Assembly: GCF_964204645.1 (NCBI RefSeq)
Contig: NC_134025.1
Span: forward strand, 17,459,101 to 17,523,100
DNA from: Tubulanus polymorphus
Taxonomy: Eukaryota > Animalia > Nemertea
Reading direction: 5' to 3'
Length of the DNA stretch: 64,000 nucleotides
Positions 25,038 to 39,653 of the stretch are shown here, in pieces. A program made the translations under genes and the position numbers. Under the pieces are notes generated by a model, which was not told the DNA's origin, searched no databases, and was given only the letters and a program-made list of their open reading frames with translations. Position 1 is the first letter of the stretch, and each line of letters opens with the position of its first letter.

Positions 25038-26274
25038 CTACTCCGAATCCCTTTATATTCAAAGCAAATCGAATAACGTCCATCATCTTGCCCACCATTC
25101 TTTGTCGAAGTAACCCACTCGGCGAGCAGGTTACTTCGGGCTCACTCGGGGAAGGCCGAAAAGAAAAATTACATCTATACAAACCTAAATTATCAGATTA
25201 TTATACACCAAGTAAAGAACAACAGAAATATGAAATAATTTGGATTTTAGGTGGAACAGTTGTAGTTGTTATATTTGTTGCTTAAAAATTTACTAATTAG
25301 TAATTTCTTTTCTAAATAAATGGATGATAAAGTTGATAATATTGATATTATTCCTCATGATATAAATAAAACTATATTAAAATTATATTTTGAAAAACAA
25401 ATATTAGAATTTTAAAATGATTTAAAAGTTAAAAAGAAAAAATGTTTAAAATCTAAAATTAAATATTATTTTATTATTAGTGGTTCAGTTACAATTAGTT
25501 CGGTGATAACATTTTTAGCAATATTCAGTCCATTAACACCTTTAGCTATATCAATTGAAGCTACTCCGAATCCCTTTATATTCAAAGCAAATCGAATAAC
25601 GTCCATCATCTTGCCCACCATTCTTTGTCGAAGTAACCCACTCGGCGAGCAGGTTACTTCGGGCTCACTCGGGGAAGGCCGGAAGTACCACGTGACAGAC
25701 AAAATGAACGCTACTCGGGCTTCCCTGAGTTAACTCCGGGCTACCCGAGTAGGATAATCGAACGCCCTATACATGGATTACATCAATAAAGAATTATATA
25801 ATCAGAAAATTGCACATAGAGATTTTCAATCAGTTGATGAAGCTATGAGTTTATATAACGCAGTAACAAAAAAAGAAAAATTACATCTATACAAACCTAA
25901 ATTATCAGATTATTATACACCAAGTAAAGAACAACAGAAATATGAAATAATTTGGATTTTAGGTGGAACAGTTGTAGTTGTTATATTTGTTGCTTAAAAA
26001 TTTACTAATTAGTAATTTCTTTTCTAAATAAATGGATGATAAAGTTGATAATATTGATATTATTCCTCATGATATAAATAAAACTATATTAAAATTATAT
26101 TTTGAAAAACAAATATTAGAATTTTAAAATGATTTAAAAGTTAAAAAGAAAAAATGTTTAAAATCTAAAATTAAATATTATTTTATTATTAGTGGTTCAG
26201 TTACAATTAGTTCGGTGATAACATTTTTAGCAATATTCAGTCCATTAACACCTTTAGCTATATCAATTGAAGCT
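25038..26274 (+). repeat. Interleaved duplication (A-C-A-B-C)
   Basis: 25038-25158 = 25561-25681; 25159-25562 = 25871-26274. Confidence 0.92.
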
Positions 26275-27582
26275 TTAGGTTTAAGTTCAAGTGTTTTAAC
26301 CGGCATAAGTTCAAAATTGAATATTAAAAGTAATAAAGAAAAAATAAAATCTTATATAAAAGAAATTAATAAATTAAAAAACAAGAAAATTAATTTTAAT
26401 AAATTATTTGACGCCTGCGAGAAAATGTAGAATTTATGGGATAAGCTAATGTGGAATTGCAAATTTGAAATCGAGGTTTTAAGAAATTTGGGGAATTATG
26501 AGATTTGGCGATTGGGTAGATGATACAGGTCTTCGACTGGCCTTATTAAAAAAAAAAAATTGTCAATTCGATTCACTTTTGCCTCTAAGCTGGTCTGCAA
26601 CTTCATTTCCTCCATGGTTGAAGAAAGAGCTCTTCTGATGTCTGCTTCATCATGACTTTGAGCATATCGTGTAGCCAGCCGGCCCGGTCCCGGGGCCCGG
26701 TTTGGCTGTCACTCGATATCCTAGACTTGAGTCTGGGTTGAAGTAGACATTGTCATTTGAATAACTTATTCATGTTATTCTGTATGAATTACCCGTGTGT
26801 CTTGTATTTTGTATTTTCTTATTTTAAAATTTGTACCTTTATTGAATTTGGGAATTTCAATGTAATAAGGATCAATAATAAATTGAATTGAATTGTCACC
26901 TAATACACACGCCATCAGTGGACGTGGAGCCGTATATGACAGCTATGCTATTATAAATTGCCAATCTCATGAAACCTGCTAATATCGAACATATTTTCTA
27001 AAATATTTGAATATTGAAATTATATGTTTACACGTTTTTTTATAGACCGCTTGTAGCCGCCGATGAAATTCACGCTGGCCCTACACAGACCGTAGATAGC
27101 ATCGTCATTCCACCAGTATCCCCATGTCAGGATCTGACTTTTATATCAGACTTCCAAATCGTGTATACATCCGCCATTTAACCGATTAATCCGATTTACT
27201 TATCATTTCAATATATGCCTGCCGCTCCTGATATAATCATACATCCTTTACTACTACAATACGTCTTCTAATGATATTCAATGCAATATAACATTACGAC
27301 GTTCAAATAGAGGTCATTATATAATCACAGGAAGCCATTCTACATCTTTGTCAGTAATATTTTGCAAAATAGCTTGTATGTGTACGCATAGACCTGTGAC
27401 GTTTTGTACATCGATTTACGGTTGTCGTTTGTAAAATGACGCTGAATGGTTAACATTGTTTAGGTTTCAAAATGGTAACGTTTTATAAGGCGGCAAATCA
27501 AGTAGATTATATTATTAGTTTAAATGGTAATATTACAATTGAAGAACAAGATAAATTATTAAAAGAATTAATGAATTATTAA
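26032..27582 (+). pseudogene. Viral two-TM/coiled-coil protein (MDDKVDN...) split by an insertion
   Basis: Homolog uninterrupted at 60982-61411. Confidence 0.75.
26381..27495 (-). mobile_element. Helentron-type insertion
   Basis: Absent from copy 2; starts ACAAGA; subterminal inverted pair TTTGACGCCT / AGGCGGCAAA; A-run target, no TSD. Confidence 0.55.
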
Positions 27583-27600
27583 TTTTTTTAAATTATATTA

Positions 27601-28880
27601 ATGGTAAATAATTTTCCAAAAGCTTTCAATAATAAATCGATTAAATATAATATTCCTGCAATAGATTTTAATAAAAATATCACACATAGAAATGAAGTTT
27701 TAAATTCATTATTTAATTTAGTTATTCATGTTACTGAAAGCAATAATTTTAATGTAAAGATGGAAAATATATTCAATGTTTATGAAATTAATTTTGAAAA
27801 AAAATTAAGTAAAGCAAAATTATGGATGTTAAAATCAAATATGCAATTGTGGCAAAACAAATTAATTTTTGCAGTTTATTGTGCAACAACAGGGTGTGGT
27901 ATAAGTCGGAATAATAATTTAAATGAACCAAATTTACCATTTATATTATCACTCTTTAGATTTCAAAGATACTTTCAAATAAGATTAATATTAAATGAAT
28001 TAGAGTGTCCTTTACCAGGATCTTGATATTTTAAAGAATTAGATAATAATATCAATTTATCAAAGCATTATAAAATATGTAATGAATCAATTATATAGAT
28101 ATAAATAATTCTGATTTTAGATCAAAGATGGGAACAATTACAGGGGGAGATTTATATAAGTAGAGAAAGCTATGGATGCAATGAATAATTCACCATTTCC
28201 AATCGGAGGTTTTGCTCTCCCTTATACTAAAGAATATAGAAAAACAATAAAAAATATTAACTATAATTAAAATAAAACGTTTAAATGGAATGAAATACCA
28301 AAATATTATATTTATATCAAACAACAACTAAATAATGATGGATGGATTAGTTTTGTTTTAGATAATAGTGAAGGTTTTACTAAAGCTGGTATACAAAGAA
28401 TAAATCAATAAATTAGAACTTATTTGATTTGCATACTAGGCGCTCAAGCTGAAACAAGATCCCCAATAATTGGAAATTTAAATACATCATTTGATACACA
28501 GAAACAATTTAAAGTATTATTTGAAGATTCTATTCATAATGATAAAAATAGATCGATTCCAGAAAACATAGTCAGGTACCAAAATTATTTAGAAAAATCT
28601 CATGTAAGATTAATTATTGTATTGGTTCTAATTTAATAATTATTTCGGATGATTTAATATTAAAAATGGGAAAATGTAATTGGTTATAATAATTTGAATA
28701 AAACTGCTACAATAAATAATTCATTTGGATTAAACGATATAAATAAAAAGATTATCACTACTCCAAAACTAATCGAAGGTGAACAAATTAAGAAATCAGA
28801 AAATATAAAAACTGATATTATCCAACATGATATAATTAAAACTAATAATGATAATAAATCACATGAAAATACTAAATTAG
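27601..28880 (+). pseudogene. Conserved viral protein (FAVYCATTGCGIS...ELECPLPG...GFTKAGIQR...ILGAQ)
   Basis: Homolog 61428-62736; stops and frameshifts; deletion junction near 28880. Confidence 0.75.
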
Positions 28881-30021
28881 AGGTGCCAGATATTTAGTAA
28901 GAGAATTAAAATCTTTAGATGGTGAATATTACTATCATTTGAAAGATGATTATTACATTAATATCACTTATAAAAATCAAAATAAAATATTAGCAGAATC
29001 AACTTTGAGTAATTTAGAACCATCTAGAATAAAAAGAATAAGTAATAGTAGTGAAATAGAAAATGTTACCGACACAGAAATAAATCAAACTAAAAGAGTA
29101 TTTAAACAAAGAATTAATGAATTATTTGAAACAATCAATAATAATTTAGAAACAGAAACAACTTCTGAACAGAATATAACTTCCAAAACTAGTAAACTTA
29201 ATTCAAGAGGAGTTCAAACGGTGTTAATTTTACCGAAAGGATTAATAGATGCAACAGATCAACAATTAGAAGATTTAAATATATTTTCTGATAAAGCAAT
29301 TAGAGAAATTATTAGTATAAGAAATAAAGCAGATAAATTTGCGCATGATAAAAGTATAAGAGATTTTAAAATTAGAACTCTAGAAAATGATAGAACTGAT
29401 AAAATTAAAGAAATAGAACAATTACATTTAGATAGAGATAATAAAGTTATTGAAGAAATTGAATTTAAAAAAGAAATGCATATTTAGAAAAAGAAATTGA
29501 TGATTTAAAATATAATATAGAATACAGAAAGAAATTAAATTCTTTAAAAAATCATACGATTATTGTATTAACAGATTAAAAGTTATTTTTAAAGATTTGT
29601 TGATAAAACCAAATTCTGAAATATCATTGAAAGATAGAATAAAATTATTATTTAAATTAGAAGGTATCACAACTCTTTCAATTCTAACAGCTGTTACTAT
29701 GGTATTTACAACAATTGGTTTAGCTTTATCAAATTCATTAAAATCTACACCAAATCCTAAACCACCTGATAAACCACCTCCAAATAATAATTCTATACAA
29801 GATAAAGTGAAAGATGGTTTAAAAAAATTAGCAAAATATCTATGGTAACTATCTAAAAAATCTGCTGCAGCTTTACCCGGAGTTATAGCGTCAATTGTTG
29901 GTTTTGTTTTAAAATCTGCTGGAAACATTATTAGTTTTGCTGCTAAACATATAATTTTATTTTTAATTACAGTTGTAAGTGCAATTATTTTTGGATTAGT
30001 AAACATGATAAAAAATAAATA
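28881..30021 (+). pseudogene. Coiled-coil protein with hydrophobic C-terminus (SLKDRIKLLFKLEG...ALPGVIASIVGFVLKSAG)
   Basis: ORF pieces 28939-29487 and 29597-30021; diverged homolog from 62752. Confidence 0.7.
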
Positions 30022-30960
30022 ATAATGCTATTACAGCAGAAAGATCGCATCATATAATTACTCATAATCCTTCTAATATTGTCCTGATGAAACTTTATAT
30101 ATTAGAATCCCTCGATTGAATCAAAATACTTTTTATGTTCCAAATAGTATTTATTTATCAGCTGATATAAAAGTAACTGGTCATGATAACAATTATGTTG
30201 TCGATAATGTTGGAAGATATTTGATTAAAAAATTAACTATAAAGATTGGACCAGAAACAGTTTTTTCATTAGATGATTATAATTTATTTAAGCATTATAA
30301 AGATTTATGGTTAACTAAAGAAAATAGAAATAATATGATATTTCAAGGCATCCAATCCTTAAATCAAGATAAATTAAGATCAGAAGCTGGTAACGCAATA
30401 GTAGATAATGCTACAGATAATTTGATAAAAAAGATTTATGGAAGTAAATATAAAATTCCATTAGACTTTGAATTGATAAATGATAATGCGCCTTTATATA
30501 AATATGCAATTCAAGAAGATATTATATTGGAAATAACATTTGCCCCTGTTAATGAAATTGTGCTATGAAGTGTAGTTAAAGATATGGGTTATAAATTATC
30601 GAATATGTGTTTAGAATATGATACAGTTACTGATGAAAATATTGCTAACACAATTCAAACTCAATATAATAAAGGAGTTTCATTATCATATGATTATATT
30701 GATAAATCTAAAATTGTAACAATGCAAATGATGAAATAATTGATGAGAATATTAACTTCCCGAGAAGATCTATTAAAGGCGTATTAATATTTTTTACCAT
30801 TGCAACATATTCTAATGGCACAATACAGGTTGATAATTATTATAATGCGGAAATTTCAAAAGTAGAAATAACAATTGAAGGTATAGCAAATAAAATATTT
30901 TGTCAGGGAATGAGAATGATAGATCAATGGCCAGGAATTAGAAAACATTTTATGAATGAA

Positions 30961-32634
30961 ACAAGAGATCCACGGATCTTAATATCTCGGGCGCAGAATG
31001 TTATGTTTGTAATGTATAGGCGCCATCTGATTGATGCATCTTTTTTGGTTTTCCTTGAACACTTCATGCTGATTTCGGTGAACAACATCATCGAAATCTA
31101 ATCAGCAATCATCGCGGCAATACGGGATATCGACAAATTCAAGTTCTTGAATTACTCCTTTGATGTTCACTGAGAACCTTAGTGTCAGTGGTATATCGCT
31201 AACGCCACCCCTGATTCACGAGAGCTGTTTAGTATAGGCAGTATACGGAGCTCCGCGAACCGGCCATTCTCAGGACTGAGTGAAGTTTGATGGCACTAGT
31301 CAGAACCGGAAATTGGAACCTGAATCCACCATGTTCTAGTTCATTTGCAATAAAGATCTCTCGCTTCAAGTTTTTAGTAAGCGATATTTTACTTACTATA
31401 CAACGGCACGCATAATACTTTGAGTATGATATCCTGACAACGTGTTGAATTCGATAAAACCTCACTTTGAACCCTAAAGATCACTAGAAATGTAAAAAAC
31501 TACCAAAAATAAATTTAGCGATGACGCTCGAAGCAGCTAACGGAAATAATGACTGGTGCCGGGTGTCATCACTTTGTTGTTGAGTTCAAGACTCTAAGGT
31601 AAATTTATTGCAGGCAACACTGATAAATATGAAACAATATTATGAAATAAAATTGATTTTAGAAGGACTTAACTCGTAGATTTATAATAAAAAAATATGA
31701 AAAGTACCAGGACTCGAACCAACAATCTTAATTGGGCCGTCAAGTGCTGCCACCAAGTGATACCTGGCAACCAGTCTTCACATCGTCAGCCGTTGCAAAA
31801 TGTTTTTTGATAATTTTCGGACACTTACAGTGATTTCTAGCCTTTGCAGTGAGGTTTTATCATATCAAACGTAGCGGTAGGATAACATATTTCAAGGATT
31901 ACGCGTGACGATATATAGTAAGTAAAATATCGCTCATTGAAAACTTGAAGCGAGAGATTTTCATCGCAAATGAACTAGAGCATGGCGGATGTAGGTTCCA
32001 ATTTCCGGTTCTGACTAGCGCCATCAAACGAGTAATTCAAGAACTTGAATTTGTCGATATCCCGTATACACGAGGTTTGGGCCTATACGATTGTGCGTGC
32101 ATAATCTTCCGTGAAGTAGCGTATCGATTGAATCTTCGGTTATTTGCATAATGAAATAGATATGGGGAGACGGAATCGATACTACGGCTATCAAATTTAA
32201 AATTAACATATACGACTCTCCCATGACTGGGAAATGAGAAACTAGAACCGAGCAGATTAATAGATGAGAAGATTAAAAGACCGGTTTGTCTGCGTCAATC
32301 GAATATGCCCTTATTTGATTGACAGTGGGAGCTCAGCCAACCGCAGGGAGCAGTTATTTTACTTCAATGTAACGTTGTACATCGGCCGTCTAGCCGTTTT
32401 ATGAAACAAAATGCTCCTTAAAATTTCTTTAAAAATGGCCACAAATTCGTCGATTTCTCTTAAATGAACACGATATTCAAAATTCCATTTCCAACAGATT
32501 TTAGCCGCATGATGAAGCTACATTTTGCACATAAACATAGTAGATTGCATGACTTCGTGTCAAAGTTATAACCTCATTTGTTAGCAAAAATTCGATTTTT
32601 GGACCCATTACAACATCTCGGGCTTCACCCGAGT
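30961..32634 (-). mobile_element. Helentron-type insertion in the capsid gene
   Basis: ACAAG + hairpin AGATCC-ac-GGATCT + CTCGGGCG; far end CTCGGGCTTCACCCGAGTAAAA. Confidence 0.7.
31124..32064. mobile_element. Nested fold-back element with long TIRs
   Basis: TA|CGGGATATCGACAAATTCAAG...CTTGAATTTGTCGATATCCCG|TA; 31287-31465 inverted to 31848-32028. Confidence 0.8.
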
Positions 32635-32907
32635 AAAAAAATATACTACCTGAAGATTGTAATATTTATCAGATTATCATACCGGCAATACATATGTATT
32701 ATGGTTAGATTTTAGAACAACTGAAGATAACTTATTACATGGTTCTGGGAAGAAATTACAAAATACAAAAGATGGGATACAATTATTCATGAAAGAGAAA
32801 ACAGGAGGTTTAAATTACAAAATGCACATTTATCTTATATCTGACGCGCAATTAAATATCATAAATTCTCAATTACACAGTTTTAATAAAAATATTATAA
32901 TAAATAA

Positions 32908-33690
32908 TGGAAGGAGGAATATGTGAAATACAATTCCAAGTGAAATGATATTATATATATTATATAATACCTTATGAATATAGTAAGTATTTTGGAGAAT
33001 ACTTTAATCAATTCAAATATAGAATAAATAAAATAGAAAAGAATATTGAAACTAAAAAAGAAGATAATATTGAATCTAAAATAGAAGATACTAATAAAAT
33101 TGAATCTAAAATAGAAGATAATAATGTAAATATAGATGTTATACCTTCTACATAGAATAATGATAATTATAATACAAAGATTGAACCTGATATCAAAACC
33201 AAAAAGACAATGAAAAATATAGTGACGTATGTAAGAAATATATATCATATAAAAATTGGGCATCACATAAGAAATCAAAGAAACATGTTGAAAAAGAAAA
33301 GAATAATAATGATAATAATATATCTGATAATAATATCATAGATAATCTAATAAATAATGTTAATACAATTGAAACTAATGATACCATAGATTATATAACA
33401 GGTAATTTTAATACAATTGAAACTAATGATAACCATATAACAGATAATGAAATAATTGAGGATTCTAAAAAACATTGTAACATTTGTAATTTAGATATTT
33501 CTCAAAGTAATTTTTCTAAACATAAAAAATCTCAGGCGCATATAGAAGATGAAAGGGATTTAGAAGAAAATGAAAAGAAATTAGAAGAAATAGAAAGAAA
33601 GAAAACGTGTCAATATTGTAATAAAAAATTGAGCCTGTTGATGAAAATATTCATTATAAATCAAAATTACATCTAATTAATGTTTATATG
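32908..33690 (+). pseudogene. Viral low-complexity protein with C2H2-type zinc fingers
   Basis: KHCNICNLDISQSNFSKHKKSQAH (~33470-33542), KTCQYCNKK; short internal tandem repeats. Confidence 0.55.
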
Positions 33691-34089
33691 TTTTTTACGT
33701 CGTCCCGTTCCTTTTGTCATGAAATGACTAACTTTAAGACTTTTCTTCAGACTATAGCGATTTATTTAGCGGAGAGACGTGTACAGTCAGGCTTGCATAG
33801 ATGAACTGATTTTACAGGATATTTGTTACGGCTTTTATACAAAATCAGGCTGGGAACTAATTATGATTACAATCTGTTGAGAATGTTACAAACTGTCGAA
33901 ATGTTACCATAAAAAGGACAAAATATACAAACGAGAGAACAGGCACAGTCTTAAACTAGTTAAAAACAAAAATTATACAAGTGTTAACGATTATGATAAG
34001 CGAGTTCACACGGGATCTCGGTGGCAACCAGGTCCACGCGCATTATAGCCATCTGGCTTTGATAAACTGTTGTAACGGTTACAACAACA

Positions 34090-35883
<1,794 letters not shown>

Positions 35884-35919
35884 TTTAATATGAAATTTTT
35901 TATTAAAATTGATTTTATA

Positions 35920-36261
35920 TTATTCAAAATCTATATCATAGTGCCCTTTTTCATTCTTACCTTTGTATATGAAATAGAAATCACCTGAACATATTTCTTC
36001 AATATCTTCACTAGATAATCTATGAAATCTATCTGGTAAATATGTTCTGAATTTATATTTATTTCCTTTTAATCCTTCATATTCTAAGTGGATAACTAAT
36101 TTATCTCCATATTTATTAGTAACTTTTTCAATATTAGTAATCAAATATTTCTCATGAATTGTTAATTCATTTAATTTTTCAAATTTATAATCTACAGATT
36201 TTACATTTGTAGTATCTTTAATTCTATTTAAGAATTCACTGTGTATTTGTTTACTCTCCAT
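35920..36261 (-). CDS. MESKQ small protein, intact right inverted-repeat copy (113 aa)
   Basis: Open ORF; two other near-full copies in the window. Confidence 0.8.
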   Translation of the reverse strand: MESKQIHSEFLNRIKDTTNVKSVDYKFEKLNELTIHEKYLITNIEKVTNKYGDKLVIHLEYEGLKGNKYKFRTYLPDRFHRLSSEDIEEICSGDFYFIYKGKNEKGHYDIDFE

Positions 36262-36334
36262 TTTAATAACATATTTTTTATCAAAATTGATTTTAGAAGT
36301 TATTCATTTATATATGTTATTCATTTATATGTTA

Positions 36335-36337
<3 letters not shown>

Positions 36338-36421
<84 letters not shown>
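36338..36421. repeat. (TA)n microsatellite in the right inverted repeat
   Basis: Only ~(TA)4 at the equivalent left position 19083-19090. Confidence 0.97.
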
Positions 36422-36423
<2 letters not shown>

Positions 36424-36432
36424 AATTATTCG

Positions 36433-36539
36433 AGTAATTGGGAATGTGTTGGTTCAGGTCAAAGGTTGAGTCGAGTGAGTAGAAAAATAAATTCGAGCGT
36501 GCAAGAATTTATTTTTCTACTAACACATTCCCAATTACT
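36433..36539. repeat. Terminal fold-back hairpin of viral copy 1
   Basis: AGTAATTGGGAATGTGTT...AGTAGAAAAATAAATTC-gagcgtgcaa-GAATTTATTTTTCTACT-AACACATTCCCAATTACT; outer arm lacks 27 nt. Confidence 0.9.
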
Positions 36540-36669
36540 CATTTTTTCTTGGCTACAACAATTGGATACAGTTACAGGGCTCAAGTAAAAAATATGGAAA
36601 AGTAGTCCAATGGCCTTTTTACCTGACGTATCAATACGGACAATGCTGACCGAAGATCTGCCAATCTTA

Positions 36670-37075
36670 ACATTCCCGGACATACCGACAATCCGACACT
36701 CCCGACATACTGGCAATCCGACATACCGGCACTCCCGACATACAGGCAATCCGGAATATCGGCTTACCGGCACTCCGACATACAAGCAATCCCTACAGGG
36801 GCGTTCAGTTCCTAGTATTGTCCTGTACAGAGGTTGCTGGGTTCGTGGGGTGTTTGGTTCCTACTATCCACTGCACAGAGGTACTGGGATCGTGAAGCGT
36901 TCGGTTCCCAATATTCCCCTGCACAGAGGTGCCGGGATTGTGGGGCGTTCGGTTCCTAATAATGCCTTGTAGAGGTGCTGGGATCGGTATGTCGGGATTG
37001 TCGGATTGCCGGTATGTCGGGATTGTCGGATTGCCGGTATGTCAGGAGTGTCGGAATGTCGGGATTACCGATGTT
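36670..37075. mobile_element. Fold-back element with arrays of CCGACA motifs and internal ~40-bp tandem repeats
   Basis: CCGACATACCGGCAATCCGA-type units on the left, inverted on the right. Confidence 0.65.
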
Positions 37076-37187
37076 ATAATCAAATACAGAACTACGAACC
37101 GAATCACTTATTCATTTTATCTTAAGCTTTCCAATGAGGCACTATATTACCATACTTCATACTCGATCCAGTTACAGTTTAAAAAAT

Positions 37188-38010
37188 ATACGTCATTTTT
37201 AGGAAGGCGCCTCAAAAATGTGTAATTTTGTGTCATTGACTGTAACTTTTTCATGTTTCGAGATATGATGTAAAACTTTTCATTGAAGATACAGTTTTTT
37301 TATATCGTAAAACTATCTCCATAGAAACGCGCACGGTCACCTGTTAAGTTAAGCGCAAAGCGAGTGGTTGGCTGTCGATTTTCAGCATAAGCGGGTTAAG
37401 CTATTTTTATGGCAATTTTTAAAATTCTAAAGATTTTTTAGATTAAAATCAGATACTTTGCATTGGGATTGGACCTAGTCCAGAAGAAAATGTCAAGAAA
37501 CTTGTCTTATCTCACCTAGAATGTTAAATCGTCGAACGCTAAACATGGGACCGAGCGCGGCAGTGTTGATCAGAGAATAGAGGATAACCGTTACTAGGTG
37601 ACACGACTTTAACACAAAGATGCAGTCTTTCAATAAAAACAAGCGGTCGTTGTGAACTTCAAACATCGTTGCTAATCTGATTACGCTGGGGAGACACCAA
37701 GTACCCCCAATTCAACATGGAAACAATCAAACGATGATTCTAATCTAAAAAAAAATATTTAAAATCTAAATTGCCATAAAAATAGCGCAATACGCGTATG
37801 CAGAAAATCGACGGTCAACCACTCGCGCGTGCTTTGCGCATGAATCTATCTTCAATGAAAAATTCTACATTGTATCTCAAAACATGAAAAAGTTACAATC
37901 AAAAACACAAAATTACCAATTTTCTTGAGGCGCCTTCCTAAAAGTGACGTAAAATGAAATTAACACCATCAGAAAATAGAAATTGTCACCTTTCTAACGA
38001 TACATGACTT
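37188..38010. mobile_element. Fold-back MITE; a matching outermost left TIR segment lies at 18959-19008
   Basis: 37190-37291 inverted to 37847-37950; 37962-38010 is the near reverse complement of 18959-19008. Confidence 0.75.
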
Positions 38011-38699
38011 GAGGCAATCGGGGATTGACTACAATGATTCGCGCAAAAGGTTTTAGTTTAAAAGATGTTAACATCTGTGCAACCTCTGGGACCGCCTCAA
38101 AATGGCGCTTGGTAACTGGAAACCTCCTATTATTTCCTTATTTTAATTCCTTCAATTTTCTCATTAATGAAATGTCATCTAGTCTCATTCATATTTAACA
38201 AGCAGTCTCCATATTCAACTTATTATATTTCTTAAATTTTCCAGGACGAAAACTTTCCAAACGTAGTTAGGGAGAATATAACAAAGCCTTTTTTACTTTG
38301 ATATTATTGTATGATAAGTCTTATTATCTTATCTTAACCATAACTATCTGCTCATTTGTTTGTTAAGTAATCCGTTAATCCGTGCTCAGAAAGAGTCACA
38401 CGTCTCTCTCAGTCTGTTTGTTCTTTTTGTAACCAATATTGTACATAACATGTAAGATTCAGAAGAATCATCACTTGAGTCACTCAGATTTATTCATTCA
38501 ATCTAAAACTTTCGGGAAGTCAGCCATGGAGTCAGTATCAAAATCAGACACGTACCAAGTGTATCTGGAATAAATATTATCGTCAACTGAAAAATCATAG
38601 TCTTAGCCATCTATATCGAATGAGCTAGTTCCCGAACTATCGGGTCGACTCGTAAGCAGAAATAAGCGTTGCTAAATTTGCAGAGTTTCGTGTATGAAA

Positions 38700-39653
38700 T
38701 AGACATTAACCAAATAGAATTAGAAACATTGAGAATCAAGATTATACGATAGACAACAAGGAACATAATTTAGTATCCTCAACATGCTTCCTTGGAATAC
38801 ATTTTGACGAGTTTCTTGATTTGAAATTACACTTAGTAATAAAATCTGCACCAAAATAGCTAGTCAAATTTATCTACTTAACTCTGTTAAACATTAAGTA
38901 CCTACATATTGTTTAAGACAATTTTATTTCAGTTATATCCATTGCCAGTTTACGTACTCACTGATCTCATGGGGTCCTCTTATCTTAAACAAAACCTGTA
39001 TAGAAACCTGTCCAGATTAGAAAATTACGGAGAAAAGCCGTTCGAATTACTTCTAAATCGGTATACAATAGCCCCACAGATCCAATCTTTCCAATTTAAA
39101 AATTCTAAAATTCCAAGACATGATCCAATTAGAAATACTTAAACACGCATATCAACAATGAACTACCAACACCGATCATAGACTTATTTCAAAACAATTC
39201 TGTATATCATCAATACAATACTCGTCAGCACAATCATCGCCGAATTGATCACCATAAGAAAAGCACATATAATAAAAGTTTCCTCAACTTAATTCTAATA
39301 ATGTGGTAAAATTCCAAAAACAACCTTAAATTAAAAAGAAAAAAACAAAACACAAAATTCCTTGAAACAGTCATTCAGCAGTAATAAACTCTTAAAATAC
39401 TGAATTTCAAACAATTATTTGTCTGAAGCATGTTTACTGTACATTATGTGTGAATCTGTGAATGTTTGCATCCTTGTGAAGAATGGGTGTATGTATTGTG
39501 GGTGCCCAAACAAATAAGCATTTGCTTCACTGGGTTCCTTCATTTGATATTGGCACACATTTTTTTACTTGTATTTACATTTTATATGTATATCATATTA
39601 TAAATTGTCTCAATTTCTTTGAAAAATAAAGATCATTATTATTATTATTATTA
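38700..39653 (+). mobile_element. 5'-truncated, degraded CR1-group LINE 3' end
   Basis: Traces FLGIHFDEFL, YFSYIHCQFTYSLISWG, HQYNTRQ; AATAAA followed by (ATT)n tail. Confidence 0.65.

Larger units (their letters stand above)
21075..25769. mobile_element. PIF/Harbinger DNA transposon (~4.7 kb)
   Basis: TIR TAGGGCGTTCGATT...AATCGAACGCCCTA; 3-bp TSD TAC (21072-21074, 25770-25772); convergent transposase and Myb/SANT genes. Confidence 0.93.
20896..25997 (+). pseudogene. Viral membrane protein (IGSAIVNALAFTGGGY...YEIIWILGG) split by the Harbinger insertion
   Basis: Halves 20896-21074 and 25770-25997 rejoin when compared with copy 2 (57670-60962). Confidence 0.75.
30022..32890 (+). pseudogene. 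Major capsid protein (predicted double jelly-roll), interrupted at 30961-32634
   Basis: ITHNPSNI..IRIPRL..VPNSIYL..VVDNVGRYLIKK..YKDLW..IPLDFEL..LEYDTV..PRRSIKG..KVEITIEG and, after the insert, LWLDFRTTEDNLLHGSGKKL..SDAQLNI; recognised from memory as an animal Polinton-like capsid pattern. Confidence 0.7.

Noticed and set aside
29560-30006. 148-aa minus-strand ORF
   Set aside because: Antisense shadow of the plus-strand viral membrane protein; the same applies to 22046-22369, 32895-33278 and 52749-53114
31700-31775. Possible tRNA genes (also 7616, 45034, 45908, 60320)
   Set aside because: B boxes are present but no convincing cloverleaf; treated as SINE-like relics
36283-36294. AAAATTGA mimivirus-type early promoter
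   Set aside because: Exact match lies on the strand opposite the adjacent gene in very AT-rich DNA; kept only as part of the conserved upstream motif
36780-36975. Regularly spaced repeats resembling a CRISPR array (also 43282-43385)
   Set aside because: Degenerate tandem units with no proper unique spacers, no cas genes, eukaryotic context
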